The notes under the pieces were generated by a model. The model saw only the letters and a program-made list of their open reading frames with translations. It searched no databases and had not been told where the DNA came from. A stretch of DNA of 63,760 bases, the filler included, from Asterionella formosa (taxonomy: Eukaryota): NCBI GenBank assembly GCA_002256025.1. It is 12 parts of 12 records of this genome, joined end to end, with 100 filler letters (N's around TTAATTAATTAA, not from the genome) between each part and the next. Parts side by side here need not be neighbours in the genome. Positions count along the whole stretch, not along the records: positions 47,925 to 53,137 come from NKIB01013168.1; positions 53,238 to 58,450 come from NKIB01013169.1; positions 58,551 to 63,760 come from NKIB01013170.1; 9 more parts are not named here. One strand, 5' to 3'. Position numbers and translations under genes: made by a program. This document shows positions 49,877 through 62,139 of this stretch, piece after piece (within the stretch, counting starts at the first letter, position 1; the number at the start of each line of letters is the position of its first letter).

Positions 49877-52304
49877 GGGAGTTCCGGGAAAGTCCGAATA
49901 ATGCGAATATTTGTCCGAACATGCAGACCGGGTACGGTAAATATACCGGTAATCGGTAATCAAACAATATAACCGTACATAAAATAAATACAGTATATAG
50001 GAGTGTACCCGAAGTTAATTTTGTTTATGATATTGTCTACATGTATTATGTCTTGTATCGGTAGACTACATGGTACCAGGTACCAAAGTGGATGCATGCG
50101 TAGTGCGCAAGGTTTCAACATGAATATGGATACATGTTCCTGGTACCAGGTAGGTCTACCGGTATACACCAAAGATATGTGTAGATTAACCACGAGTATC
50201 TGGTAGTGTATAGATCACTCCCTACCGGTACTCGGCAGTATCTCAAAACCAGCCAAACCACGCACTAAAACATGGTATATGCACATGATAGCAACAAAAA
50301 TATTTTGTGAATGAAGGCACTATACCTGTGATTTAGTACCTGGTACCAGTAAAGAACTGCTGTGACCCACTGAGTTTATTCGTTTGATTAGTTCGACTAA
50401 ACCTATTCCATGTCTTGCGAGAATCAAACTTGCATGTCTTGTTAACCAAAGGAGTCAGCAGGTTGTGGATCTGTCGATATTCTCATTGAAGGTTGAGGTA
50501 CTGAGATACGAACCCTTTTATGTGGTCAAAATTTGCCGGTAATGGGTCACAGCCATACTTAAATTTTTATGAATCGAACCAAAACAACCAGACCCTTCAA
50601 CTTGCAAGGATTTAGAGAGCTTCCCTGAAAGTTGCAGAGCGTCTTCTCGGGGACAGCGATCAGCTGACTGTGCTCTGTTTCGTGTTCATGAACAAGTCCC
50701 CGGCGGAGCGCATCGTCGTGATGTAACATCGGAACCAATCCGAGCTTCTTTGGGTTTGCATGACCCACGCGGAGACTGGCCGATACAATGTCGCCTTGTT
50801 CCTTCTTTACATACACATACCAGCCTTGCTCGTCCTGTAAAACTGTGTATCCCTTGGCGTCAGAGAGCCACGCGTAATGCTGGTTTCCGTTCAAGAAGAT
50901 TGTGGGAGTGAGAGATCCATCCGGCTGGGTGTATACATGACCAGCAGGGTTGGCAGGAGCGGCGGAAACAGACCAGGCCCAGCAAAATGGCACAACGAGA
51001 GAAGCGAAGACGCGCATGAATTCGTCTATTGTCGATTGTTTTATGTTCTATTGAATGGAATTGACGGCTTTTGAATCTGTACCGGTAAAATGCTGGGAGT
51101 ATATTAAAATTTGACATTTCTCTTTTGCTGGTACCGCTCCTTTGTTTTTATACTGGTAGTTGATGCGTTGATATTTGTCGCGGCAATGTCTGGCTGAATC
51201 ATGATTTGTCATGTAAAATGACTTCTTCATAGTTTCATATCATTATCCTTTCATGATTACCGATACTTCTCTATTTGTGCAATCAATTCCTAACACTGAA
51301 TGAAGTCACGACCCAATAAAAGCAGCAATACTAATAAATTATGCATAATGGTCACCCGTATAAACGATGCATACAATTATCAGTATTTTATCGCTTTCCT
51401 AATAAGTCTAGTACTAGACATGCTGTACATTCATCGCTTAACTACATGCCGGCAATTCCAGCTCTAGCAATTTGCCAGGCCATTCGGGTACTTATTATGT
51501 ATGTACAGTATAAGTAATTTTTAGACTCTAAGTAATTTCTTAAGGAATTTGGGGCACATCGAATTTTTCGGCTCTTTCTTTTCCATTGCCTAGCACATTG
51601 CTTCTTACTTGTGTGAGGAAGTCAACATCACGTGCTATGTTTGAAGTGATCCTATTTCTAAAAATGAATAGACATTGCTGGAATGAGGTTGTGGTCAGTA
51701 AAGCAATGGGTAGGACTATCACATTAGAGATGGATGATGATCAAGTAGATTAACATGATAGAACCAAAGCACTGAAGTAGCTGCCACGATTGCCTGCTGC
51801 ATCCTTTGTTGTTGGCCGAATTTTTTTTGCCTGCTGAGTGACAATAAGAATACTGCTTTGGAAGCATTATCAGTATACTGGTATACTGTCATTTCAATAT
51901 TGAAATACTTACCTGTTTGCCAAGTGAATTCAGAATAACTGTATACTGTCTTTCTCTACAAAAGAAAGCCCGCAGTATTACTTCAGCATAATATCACCGA
52001 CCTATGCACCCCAGAGTAATAAATATTTTTAGTTTACCGGTAGTAAGTGTATCATGTGATTTTACCTTGCATACTGAATACGTATGTATGATACTGATGA
52101 CCGGTCCCCAGTACGGTGGTTTGTACAGAATTTGAACAAAAGTTACCTACCGGTACAAGGTACAACTACGCCGTACTGCTACATAATGGACATAACGGTA
52201 AGCCCTTTTTGAGGTTTGCTCACATATGGCTGGTTTGATTACCGGTATCGGGGTATATATTTACGGACAAATATTCGCAATATTCGGACTTTCCCGGAAC
52301 TCCC
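49877..52304. mobile_element. 2.4-kb segment bounded by about 40-bp inverted repeats (possible non-autonomous TIR element)
   Basis: GGGAGTTCCGGGAAAGTCCGAATAATGCGAATATTTGTCCG at 49877 and its reverse complement ending at 52304. A third copy is at 62446-62503. No TSD seen. Confidence 0.55.
50559..51017 (-). pseudogene. N-terminal fragment of a secreted M6-family (immune inhibitor A-like) metalloprotease
   Basis: Signal peptide, then AAPANP..YTQPDGS..LNGNQH..SDAKGYTVLQD..GWYVY and LVVLVRF. Stops well before any HExxH motif. Confidence 0.65.
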
Positions 52305-52701
52305 AGGTCGTACCGGTACCTAATTCATAGAATCGCACATCATGATTATTTGACAGATACCAGTACCTGTATGTTGTATATACCGGTAGTCTAGCAGGCA
52401 CCGATACGGACTGGATGTAGAAGGCAGGCTATTTATTACTATTGCATTGTTGGTGGGGAGTGGGGAGTGATGGAACAATGTCATGATATAAAATAGGAAC
52501 GAGAACTCCTTTCGTCGAGTCTCATGGGTATTCCCTGATACTCGGAATATTTACCACGCAATAGGAATTACCGGTAGCCTACGATACAAAATGTGTACTT
52601 GTATCTGGTTTTTATCTATCCTACATACATGTCTATGTATTGATGTGGTTTGCTCTGCTCTGATGCTCTGATGCACTGATTTCTGTCATCAGCATCATCA
52701 C

Positions 52702-53137
52702 TGTTGAAATTGCGTCCCGAAGCACTCTATGCTTTCTTGTATCCTGTAAGGACACGTCAGGGACCAAATAGGCTGTAGATATAACAACGATGTCTCCGTG
52801 ATCGATTGTAATCGTTCCTAAGAGTTTTAATAGAATTATGGGTTTTTACTGTTGGCGTAGATTGTTTTCGAATTCTCTGGTACCATATTCTTTCTTGATT
52901 CATTCGATTCAATATGTAGTAGGTAATTTATACCGGGATTTTCTTTCCTAAAATATTTTCTCCAACACACTCCTGCTGGACACGGATGCTTACTTTGAAT
53001 TCATAATTTCCTGACGAAAATGAATAAATTTCGTTCCAACCAGTGGTTTCGTCATGTAGTCTGCTAACATTGCATCCGATGGACAGTACTTGATTTGTAC
53101 TTCCTTTCTTTCAATAAGATCAGTAATATAAAAATAT
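52702..53137 (-). mobile_element. 3' end of a Ty1/copia (CoDi-like) retrotransposon: RNase H C-terminus, PPT, 3' LTR
   Basis: Minus strand reads YFYITDLIERKEVQIKYCPSDAMLADYMTKPLVGTKFIHFRQEIMNSK*, then purine-rich CAGCAGGAGTG, then a 266-bp LTR TGTTG...CAACA (52967-52702). Confidence 0.92.
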
Positions 53138-53832
53138 NNNNNNNNNNNNNNNNNNNNNNNNNNNNNNNNNNNNNNNNNNNNTTAATTAATTAANNNNNNN
53201 NNNNNNNNNNNNNNNNNNNNNNNNNNNNNNNNNNNNNATTTGCAATATCATGCATAGTAATTATATCACATATCACCTATATACTATCATGGCTACATAA
53301 GATACTGGTACCACCAGGTATGTGTTTTTAGGGTACCCGAGGTAGCCCTTAGAGAAGCTAGCAGTAGCTATATAATTATTTAGCTTAAATGTTGCTATTT
53401 CTTTCTGTATATTAAACGTTAGAGTGTAGTTCTTTTGCATGGCTGGAGAATCCTGCATACTGCTGTCTCCGCCTTGACCATGTCGAAAATAACGAATTTC
53501 TCCATGGAAAATGAAAATGACGCTATACTATTTCGTTTTTATATCTAACACAACATAGATAATACAACCGTAAAAAAATTCTAATGACACTAATTTTGAC
53601 AACGAAAATTGATGTTGCTGATGGTGTAGTTGATGCACAATTCAAAACGACGAAGTTGCAAACAGATTTGATACTTGCTTTTACAGTACGAAGCACACTA
53701 CACTATTGTGATCTGTAGGTCAATCGTAATTTTGTTTGATTCTCTATTGAATTAATGTCGATTAATAGTCCATTGATTTTTTCAAAATGACTCTTTTTTT
53801 TATGATTGCTGATCCAGCTGGTGACTATATGC

Positions 53833-53930
53833 AACTAGAAATCTGCTGACAACAACTAGAACTTGCTGACATCGGCGAGAATTTGCTGACTACGACTAGA
53901 AATTGCTGACTATGACTAGAAGTTACTGAT
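53833..53930. repeat. About 20-bp minisatellite, about 5 copies
   Basis: Consensus approximately ACTAGAAnTTGCTGACnAYG. Confidence 0.75.
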
Positions 53931-54180
53931 TGGTGAATTCCATTAGCAAACCGTTATCCAGTTGCTGAATACCATTACCAGTAGTAGTAGGTAAACACAA
54001 TTTCGATGATCAGAACACGACTTGGATTTAATGAATGATAATTTAACATTGAGAAAAGTTTCTTTAGATAGTTTGGAATGAAAAGCCAGTGTCTCTCATC
54101 GGGCAGGAATGAGATGATCCATTGGGAGTGCGTCGAAACGGAAATGGTGCGCATAAACGTGCTCTTGCGGACCTTCCAAG

Positions 54181-54285
54181 TACTGTACAGTACCTGGTAC
54201 CTGGTACAGTACCTGGTACCAGGTGTCATGTCGGCAGCCAGTGCACAAGAGATACCAGGTACCAGGTACCTGGTACCAGCACCGG
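54181..54285. repeat. TA-anchored GTACC(A/T)G / GTAC(A/T)G array (representative of many)
   Basis: 54181-54224 parses as TA-CTG-TA-CAG-TA-CCTGG-TA-CCTGG-TA-CAG-TA-CCTGG-TA-CCAGG. Similar clusters at about 4940, 8460-8610, 8760-8900, 11600-11700, 28530, 32150, 32650, 42875 and 58215-58420. Confidence 0.9.
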
Positions 54286-54520
54286 GTAGAAGTAGCAACA
54301 GAACAAAACATACGAACAGCCAGACAAAGAAAGAACAATTCAAGAAGGAAGCAGATCGGGTATACCGGTTGGTCGTGTGTCAGTGTACTAGCTAATGCAT
54401 ACTGCCTACCAGGTAGTGTCAGCGGCATTGATCGCCAAGGCTTCACAATATCTTTCAGAATTCGCATTTACACATCCATATCATTCTCAACTAGAAAATT
54501 GTGAAACTAGACGATTGAAC

Positions 54521-55081
54521 ATGATTCTTTCACCACTTGCTCGCCCCTTTGAACCCAGTGTCTTCTACAACGAGGAGGATCCTGACTTTTACACCGCTAT
54601 CTACAATGACGGTGTTCCATCGCTCGCGCCTTTCGATCACAAAGGGGAATCCACAATCATTCGAGGCATTTCCGACGAAGCGATTGACGAGTACTACCTT
54701 GGCACAGCCACCGCCCAAGAAGTCGCCGAAATGGAAGCCGTCGAGTACTATGTCACGATGTTGGCTCACCTTGAATTCCTCGAGGAACACGAGGAGAAGG
54801 CTCGCAAGAACTACTCATATGGGCACATGAAGCGCTGGGAGGCGCGTCGCGAACTACATGGAAAGCCAAAGCCGGCACGTCATGAACTGGACGTGACTAC
54901 GAAAACTCATCGAAAGCAGGTGGACGACTTCACCCTTGTTCCTTTCGACAGGCGCCATCGTGACCTAGTCCAATCAGGCTTTGAAATGAGGCACAGTCAT
55001 TATGTTGGCGCCGGTAAGCGCTCAAATATGAAGAACAACCACAAGAAGGCGCCCCGACCTATTTTGCAGCCTCGCAAATAG
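54521..55081 (+). CDS. Hypothetical 186-aa protein with N-terminal PAM2-like motif
   Basis: GC-rich coding-like ORF. Starts MILSPLARPFEP, has an acidic helical core and a basic tail ending PRPILQPRK. Confidence 0.75.
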   Translation: MILSPLARPFEPSVFYNEEDPDFYTAIYNDGVPSLAPFDHKGESTIIRGISDEAIDEYYLGTATAQEVAEMEAVEYYVTMLAHLEFLEEHEEKARKNYSYGHMKRWEARRELHGKPKPARHELDVTTKTHRKQVDDFTLVPFDRRHRDLVQSGFEMRHSHYVGAGKRSNMKNNHKKAPRPILQPRK

Positions 55082-55758
55082 CTCTGGTGAAATCTTGTTC
55101 GTGAACATACTATAAAACTCGCAAAAAAATTCTTGCAAAGCAGACACAGAACACTCCGCACAACAAATTTCGTCTCTGATGCTACTGCATATTACATCGA
55201 CACACACACACTAAGAGCCTCTCAGTCTTTACCCAGTATTGATACAATGGGGCAGTGCGATCAATCTAAAAATGGTCTACCAATAAAACCTATAAGCAAA
55301 AGTGCAACAAAAAAGCCGTATTCCGTCGCTCTATACTAGTTATGTCTTCCACTGGTAGCCGCGTATTGCAACAACGGCAGATTCTAGACAGTTGTCTACT
55401 CGGTAACATGAAAGTCCCCTTCTTTCTTTGCATTTCATGATAAAGAATAATATTTGAGCAGGATAGAAATATATCTGTAACCTAGATGATGTATCGTGAA
55501 TGTATTGCTTCACTTGACAAAAGCCAAAAATTCTATAAGGGTAATACTGCTGGAATATGCAAGCTATTAAATGGTGCGACTGTTATATGGCTCTAGATTA
55601 CATTGCAGCATTCTAATTGAGAACCTGATTTGTTGCAGTTCAACATTACAGGCTTACTTTTGGTTTATTCAGATTATAGTGCATATAGAGCAGCCAACTT
55701 ATAACTCGATAAAAACTACATCGTGAACATAAACCACTATCGTTCCAGTAAGACCTTA

Positions 55759-58095
55759 CTACCACCCTCCATCTTCACCATAGTCAGGATCTGCTCCACT
55801 ACCCATTGCGAAGACCAAAATTTTGTCTTTCTCAAACAACGGAATATATAACTTTGCATATTCGCTCTCTTGCTCAATAGATAGAAAATCATCGTAGCCA
55901 ACACCGATACTCCCGACGGTGGCTCCGCATTCAATCTCGACCATGAGCTTGTAACGCGCTGCTGGATCGGCATACTCCTTTCTACCCTCATCATCACCAA
56001 TGGGACGAAGAATGTAGGCGGACTCGGAGCAGTCGCCAGCAATAGCAATCAACGGACGTCTGCATGATGTAGATCCGCTCTTCGTTGGATGAAATGTGTA
56101 GACAAATCCAGGTGCTCCAGGGTTGATCATGTTGTCCAGCTTGCGTACAACTGTGAAGCCAGCTGCTACTGTTGTTCTCAACCAAGGCTCTGTTTTCCAA
56201 GCGTCCTTACCATCAGGCACTCGAAATGCGAAGAGAGAACCGCCATCAGTGGAGCCCTCGTTCTCAGCGTACCTTAAATCGTCCAGTTCGTTTCGAGGGT
56301 TCCTAACGCGAGATGACATGCCATTACTATCGGTGTATTCCTTGACTCCACCTTCATGGCTAGTCACTAGAATGTGCGAGAATGTGTCACCAGGTATATT
56401 AGTCATCACAGTACTACCCGAATCAACGATAACACGATGAATGTCGTGAGTTCTACAAGTGCCGTTTTCGCAGTCCAAGTCGACAAGGATAGACCCAAAG
56501 ACAGCACCGCATGTGTCATCGATCGTACGCTCAAAGACGATGCGTGGTTCAGGACCACGCAAGATTGACGTCAAAGTAACCTTGTGGCCAAAGAAATGGC
56601 TGGCGATGACTTCGATAGTTCCATCTTCCGTATCCAAATCGGCAACGTTAAACATGACATCAGCGCCTTCACTGAGCACATGCGTCTTCCAAGGGAGGTG
56701 TCTAGGACTGAATGGGTCAAAAACTGTTCCGTCGCTTTCCAGAGGTGTTCCGGTGACAGTGTCATGACGAAAAGGTTTGGGTTGTTCTACCCAAATGAGT
56801 TGCGTTTCAGCTATGCTACCTCCGGACGTACCACTGCCAGAAGAAAATCTGCCTGAAACCTTCGCTCTGGCAGTGAGAATGGATTGTCGACCATCTCCGG
56901 TCAAGTCAATCCAAACCGAGCGGTGATAAAACCAACCCATGTTCTCCGCTTCTGGTCCAACCATGTGGTGTTGTCCGCCTGTTAAACAGATGGTCCACTC
57001 CGAATCTGGATTTCCGGGGTTCTTGACGATATAAAGCCCGCCTTTGTCCTTTCCAGGAACCAAGAATCCATCGCTGACGAGGAGTGCATCATCGAGAATG
57101 AGATGGTCTTCATTTATCGAACTGGTGGATACCGACGATCTTGCCGCGGGATATCTTTGTAAGAGTGACAGTGGAACGGAGCCAGCTTCATTTGGCCACA
57201 GCATCGCTCTTGCTGATCTTTGATTTACAGATCCAATATGGCCAGTTTCGACATCGACACTATGAATAAAACCAACTGGACCAGCTAGGGAAAATCCGCT
57301 CACCCACAACCGATCATGCCGCGGTCCATGACGCTGATCCCTGTCAAGTTGCTCCATAAGAGCAGTGCTTTGCCAGCGATTCCATGCATCGCCTGCATTT
57401 ACTGCTCTACGAAGTGACGCTGTTGATCCCGCTGCAGTGGTTGGTAAAATGTTCAGATAACCAGGTTTTTTCACGTTGATTTCTCCGATTAGTTCCATGC
57501 TCACCATCGCATATTGATCCAGAAGACGTCGGCGCTTGTGGTCGTCAACCCATTGAAACTTCTCCACTGACGCCAGACTTCTGTCCGTGCTGGTTCCGTT
57601 GATGAGAATGGAAGCAGTCCCGGTGTTCTTAATCCATCGTCGAGTAGGGTTCTCTTCGACGGTAATTAATAGAGGGTCTCTACCAGTAACAAACCTTTGA
57701 CGTCCAGAACTCCTCCTGAGAATATTTTGATACACGTTTGAAAGACCATTTAAGCTGGGTTGAGCCAAACGCTTGCTTTGATGGAGCTTCAACCTTTTCC
57801 TGGTTGGGTCAACTTTAAGAGGACCCTCTAGTGGAGCATCCCCGTCGCCGTCAAAGATGGAGTTGACGACACTAGCCATGTCCAGAGAATGCAGTTCATT
57901 AGACGACTCTTGCTTTCTCGGCATGGTACTTTTCTTTTGATGACTCCAAGCAAAGCATCGGTGATGATCAAGTGATGTCGTTTGAACAAAGGCAGATGTA
58001 TTTTCTGGAGCAGCTGAAAGCATCGAGAGAAATGCGGTTATTGTCGCTAACGCATCTTTCCTCGTGATTCTCTGCGAATGGTGACTTCTTGTCAT
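55759..58095 (-). CDS. FG-GAP/VCBS-like beta-propeller protein (778 aa), possibly plastid-targeted
   Basis: Likely start MTRSHH. A hydrophobic stretch ends in TSA-FVQ (ASAFAP-like). Motifs WIDLTGDGRQSILTAR, VADLDTEDGTIEVIAS, LVDLD and IAGD. Confidence 0.75.
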   Translation of the reverse strand: MTRSHHSQRITRKDALATITAFLSMLSAAPENTSAFVQTTSLDHHRCFAWSHQKKSTMPRKQESSNELHSLDMASVVNSIFDGDGDAPLEGPLKVDPTRKRLKLHQSKRLAQPSLNGLSNVYQNILRRSSGRQRFVTGRDPLLITVEENPTRRWIKNTGTASILINGTSTDRSLASVEKFQWVDDHKRRRLLDQYAMVSMELIGEINVKKPGYLNILPTTAAGSTASLRRAVNAGDAWNRWQSTALMEQLDRDQRHGPRHDRLWVSGFSLAGPVGFIHSVDVETGHIGSVNQRSARAMLWPNEAGSVPLSLLQRYPAARSSVSTSSINEDHLILDDALLVSDGFLVPGKDKGGLYIVKNPGNPDSEWTICLTGGQHHMVGPEAENMGWFYHRSVWIDLTGDGRQSILTARAKVSGRFSSGSGTSGGSIAETQLIWVEQPKPFRHDTVTGTPLESDGTVFDPFSPRHLPWKTHVLSEGADVMFNVADLDTEDGTIEVIASHFFGHKVTLTSILRGPEPRIVFERTIDDTCGAVFGSILVDLDCENGTCRTHDIHRVIVDSGSTVMTNIPGDTFSHILVTSHEGGVKEYTDSNGMSSRVRNPRNELDDLRYAENEGSTDGGSLFAFRVPDGKDAWKTEPWLRTTVAAGFTVVRKLDNMINPGAPGFVYTFHPTKSGSTSCRRPLIAIAGDCSESAYILRPIGDDEGRKEYADPAARYKLMVEIECGATVGSIGVGYDDFLSIEQESEYAKLYIPLFEKDKILVFAMGSGADPDYGEDGGW

Positions 58096-58550
58096 TCTGT
58101 GCTCGGTTGTTAATGGCGATGACCAGAATGAGATGACAGGCCTTGCTTGGTGTATTATCAGACTAACAAGGGAATTTGCTCGAAGTATGGAGTCAGAATC
58201 AGTTGATAGATTGTCAGTACCAGGTACCTGGTACCACAGTGAAACGGGTTGAGTACTGGTACCAGGTACCTGGTACCTGGTACTCCAAACCAGGTTTGTA
58301 GTTAACGTACATTCCCTGTGCAGAGGCGCTGGGCTGTTTGTACCTGGTACATGGTACCAGGTACAGATTTTCACTGATGGGACATGGTATTGTAGGTACC
58401 AGGTACCACCTACCTGGTACCGTAGTCTGCCTAGATTTTAGTTGACCGGGNNNNNNNNNNNNNNNNNNNNNNNNNNNNNNNNNNNNNNNNNNNNTTAATT
58501 AATTAANNNNNNNNNNNNNNNNNNNNNNNNNNNNNNNNNNNNNNNNNNNN

Positions 58551-59330
58551 AAACAACAATGAAAAGAGCCACTTGCTTTCGCTCTCTTGATGGTATCAAA
58601 GATGCGGACAAGTTCAATAGTTAATTCAAGTACAGTATACCAAATGCAGAAACGAGCGAGCGATATGAAAATGAAATCATTCTATAACTATAGCTATGTG
58701 GACAGTAGTCTGTTACGCACATTTTCGTATCTCCTTCTATGCTGAATCTCAATAGTAGATGTAGTATCATGTGAGAATTGAAAATGTCAACAAGAACAAG
58801 TTGATTGTGTTTGTTTACAATTTGATTGGCGAGATTTTCATGCTGGTGGTCGACGAAACTGATTTAATATTTGCGCTGTGTGCAGAACCATTATGAGTTT
58901 GAATGATTTCTTCTCTGTAAACTCTTGATTGAATGATTATAAACATAGGTTCACTGGTGCACATTGCGATTACACAAAGATATAGTGATCACTTGACCAA
59001 CAATTGAAGACTTTGTTATCGCAAACAATCATTCCACTTGTTAGAGCTAGTATTTCGTTGTTGTTGCAAAAATCGGAGTGATGATGGATGGAAATGACGA
59101 GCCAAATTACATTACTTTAGCTGGTACATAATCCTACCAAGAAATTCAAATACAGGAATCTAATTGAAACAATACATATTAATAATTTAATATTGGACAT
59201 ACATAGTCAAAAGGGTTACTATTTAAATTACAAAGGTATTTATCAAAATTATTAGATGATATAACGAAAATTTTTGATCAGATGATCACAATCCTATGAT
59301 GCATCATGGAAATATGCTTTTTTTTGCAGA
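58551..59330. mobile_element. Second copy of the Plavaka-element terminal region
   Basis: Colinear with about 25708-26549; ends TTTTTGCAGA. Confidence 0.8.
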
Positions 59331-60939
59331 TCTAGCTAGAGAGAGAAAGGTTATGATGATGTGTTTGCAAGACAAAACAGGAGATGAAGATGGAAGACAG
59401 TAAAAGGTTGATACGTAAAACAAAATTTTGCAGATTCTTTGATGGGCGGGCATCATCAAAGAAGTCCATTTCCAGTTGAAACAGTTAAGTCAAAAAAATC
59501 TTGTTTGCATCTCCAAAATCAGCCCAGTCATGACCTTTTTAGACTAGTAGTCATGAATATGAATCAATCTTTGAGTCTTGTTGTGAACATGAGTTAATTT
59601 ACTCATATATGACTTATTTTTGTTTGTTCGGGTTGCTTAAAGTTACTTCTATATGCTTTCTTCTTTGCTTATTTGGAAATACCTATAGAGTCAAATCTAT
59701 CCAACAACTTTCTCCTAAATTCACCGTGATCCTTTGATCCCTTGCCTAGCACTGCTGATTATATATGCATATAGAGATTTATATACCATTTCTCAATAAG
59801 TTGAACTCCTTTCAGGGTAATCTACGACTAGTCTTTCAAGTGGTTATGAGCTTAAACGCTTAAACTTTCACATTTTTCAGTTGAATACACCTGCTCCCCG
59901 AGCCATTTTCTGATACCAATTCATTTTCTTGTCCCAGCAACAGTCAAACTTCTTTCAGCATAATTCATTGCACTTTCTTTCATTGTTACTACTCTAACAC
60001 AAACACAAATTTTGGGGTTTTGAGTACAGAAATTTATGTTATAATACACATAATATAATATTTTATAACTTCGAAGCGCGCCTAGCATTGTCCCTTGAGA
60101 CAATTGCCCGGTCCTTTTCTTACCCAATATTTCCCATGGAGAAAATCGCCCAGGAACAATCGCCTGGTCCTTTTCTTTTCATCACTCTCTTCTTTTATCG
60201 CTGCTTTCTTATCTTTTCCATACACTCCCACTTCTCTACAATGTCAGTATTCACTACTATTACTAATACTCTTCTACCTACCAAGTTTGGCCAAGTAACC
60301 TCTAGCTGGTACTGTTATCAAATGGTACTCCGGTGGCAACTGAATGATGACGTCTTTACTACTAATACCAAGAAACCAATGTGGTTTCCTCCTTAGTACC
60401 AGATCCGTTCAGACGATTCCAGGAACATGAAGACTGCATTTAAGGTTTTACTCAAAAACATGAAAATTTATACATCATCGCTGTGGTCTCCTGCTGGAAC
60501 AGGTAAGGAAGCAAAAATGGTCCTCCATCGCCTGATCTGCTCAGGTAACACAGAATAGGCTCTTGCAGTCAGTTTAATGTGCCTTGATATTTGGCTTCGA
60601 AAACGCTTCTGCCAAAATCGTTTTCTTCAGCCTGAGGGTGATGAATTTGCCCGTCATGATGTACAAATAAATAACACAATGTGGTTGGCTTGCGGAAATT
60701 CTGGCAAGACAGAACCTTGTAGAACCTACACAAGATACTATAAATGTAGAAATAAGTATATGCAGCTATGTTACTCTAAAATTTAGTATGTGGCTTATGC
60801 TAATTTTCTGGTGCACAAATGCACCCAAATTAGGAAAATCAAATGATCATAGAAACTGATTCAACCAAGAACAATATTACTTTTTACGTACATTTGTATG
60901 TTTTAAACTATGGAGAAGTCAATGGGGATGATGTTTTGA

Positions 60940-62104
60940 TCAACGGAAGATGAGGGCAATGTCAAAATCACCATCGTTCTGTCTCCCTGACAAAGTAAAT
61001 CTAGTCGTGGGTGTGTACATTTGAGGAGACATGAGCATGGGATTTACAGTAGTCATACAGCGTGCTACAGGTACATGTCCAGCCCTAGAAGGGCTGGGTG
61101 CTCTATAGGGATGACCTAATCCTAAACACTTTACCCTTTTACTCTCATCACAATGACATTCCAAACCAACAGCTTCATAATTCAAAATCCGGTAAATCAT
61201 GATATTAGGTGGGAATTTTGCGCTTTCCTTCATTGCAATTATAGAAGTTAATGCCAAATGACATTAATAACACTGTACAGCGTAGCACCGAAAAAAATGG
61301 TTGCTCTGATGTTCAACTTCTTATTACTCTTGAGGAACAAAAAATGCCAGAAAGACTGTACCCTGCAATTAGGAACTACCAAACCAACACCTTCATTATT
61401 CAAAATCCGGTAAATCCTGATATCAGGTGGGAATAATGTGATGAAATAGCCTTTTGCGACTTCCTTCATTGCAAAAGGATAAGTTAATTGCATTGCACAC
61501 ACAATAATGGTATAAGAATCTTTCTACATGAGAATGTAGAATACATTGATCAAGCAAAACCCAGGCTCAAACACAAAGGACATTAATCGGTCAAAGAACA
61601 CAGTGTTCTGAAGGATTCCTCCATTGTCACTTTGATTCAGTGGACTGGGATTTTCTAATTCTTGGTGTTTATGCATTCCCAGAAAAAGCAGGAATGCTAG
61701 GAAAAGCAAAGCAACACCAAAAGCAAGTAATTTCTGCTCATTGCTTACTTCCTCAAAACCTTTATAAATCCTAACATTTGTAGCCAACACACCCAGAAAA
61801 TAGAACTGCATGATAAAAATAAGTACCAGCACGATTTTACCAATAGTGATGAAAGGAAATGGGAACACAGCAGGAATTCCAATGTTATCTTGTTGTTCAT
61901 GAAAAAAATTAAAGTCACCAGGCCAATATCCCGATGATTATTGATGTAATCTTTCCATTCATCATCATCAGCTGCTTGCAAAACCTCTCCCGCAATGTTC
62001 TGTCGATCACCATCTACAATGACAAGGTTTGGTGCAGGTCTTGGTAGGTCAGGTCCTGGTAGGGCAATAGTCGCTTGTGCGACGATAAGTTCTTGATCAG
62101 CCAT
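60940..62104 (-). pseudogene. Frameshifted membrane-protein gene remnant
   Basis: Successive hydrophobic ORF pieces in different frames (62104-61745, 61868-61524, 61502-61248, 61257-60940). Internal duplication at about 61175-61250 versus 61392-61490. Confidence 0.45.
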
Positions 62105-62139
62105 GTTCACTTGGTTTCTTTGATTTGGTTGTTCTATGG

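Noticed and set aside
53833..53930. CRISPR-like array (also the TCAGGAAA repeats at 62772-62990)
   Set aside because: Degenerate tandem units without unique spacers, no cas genes, eukaryotic context.
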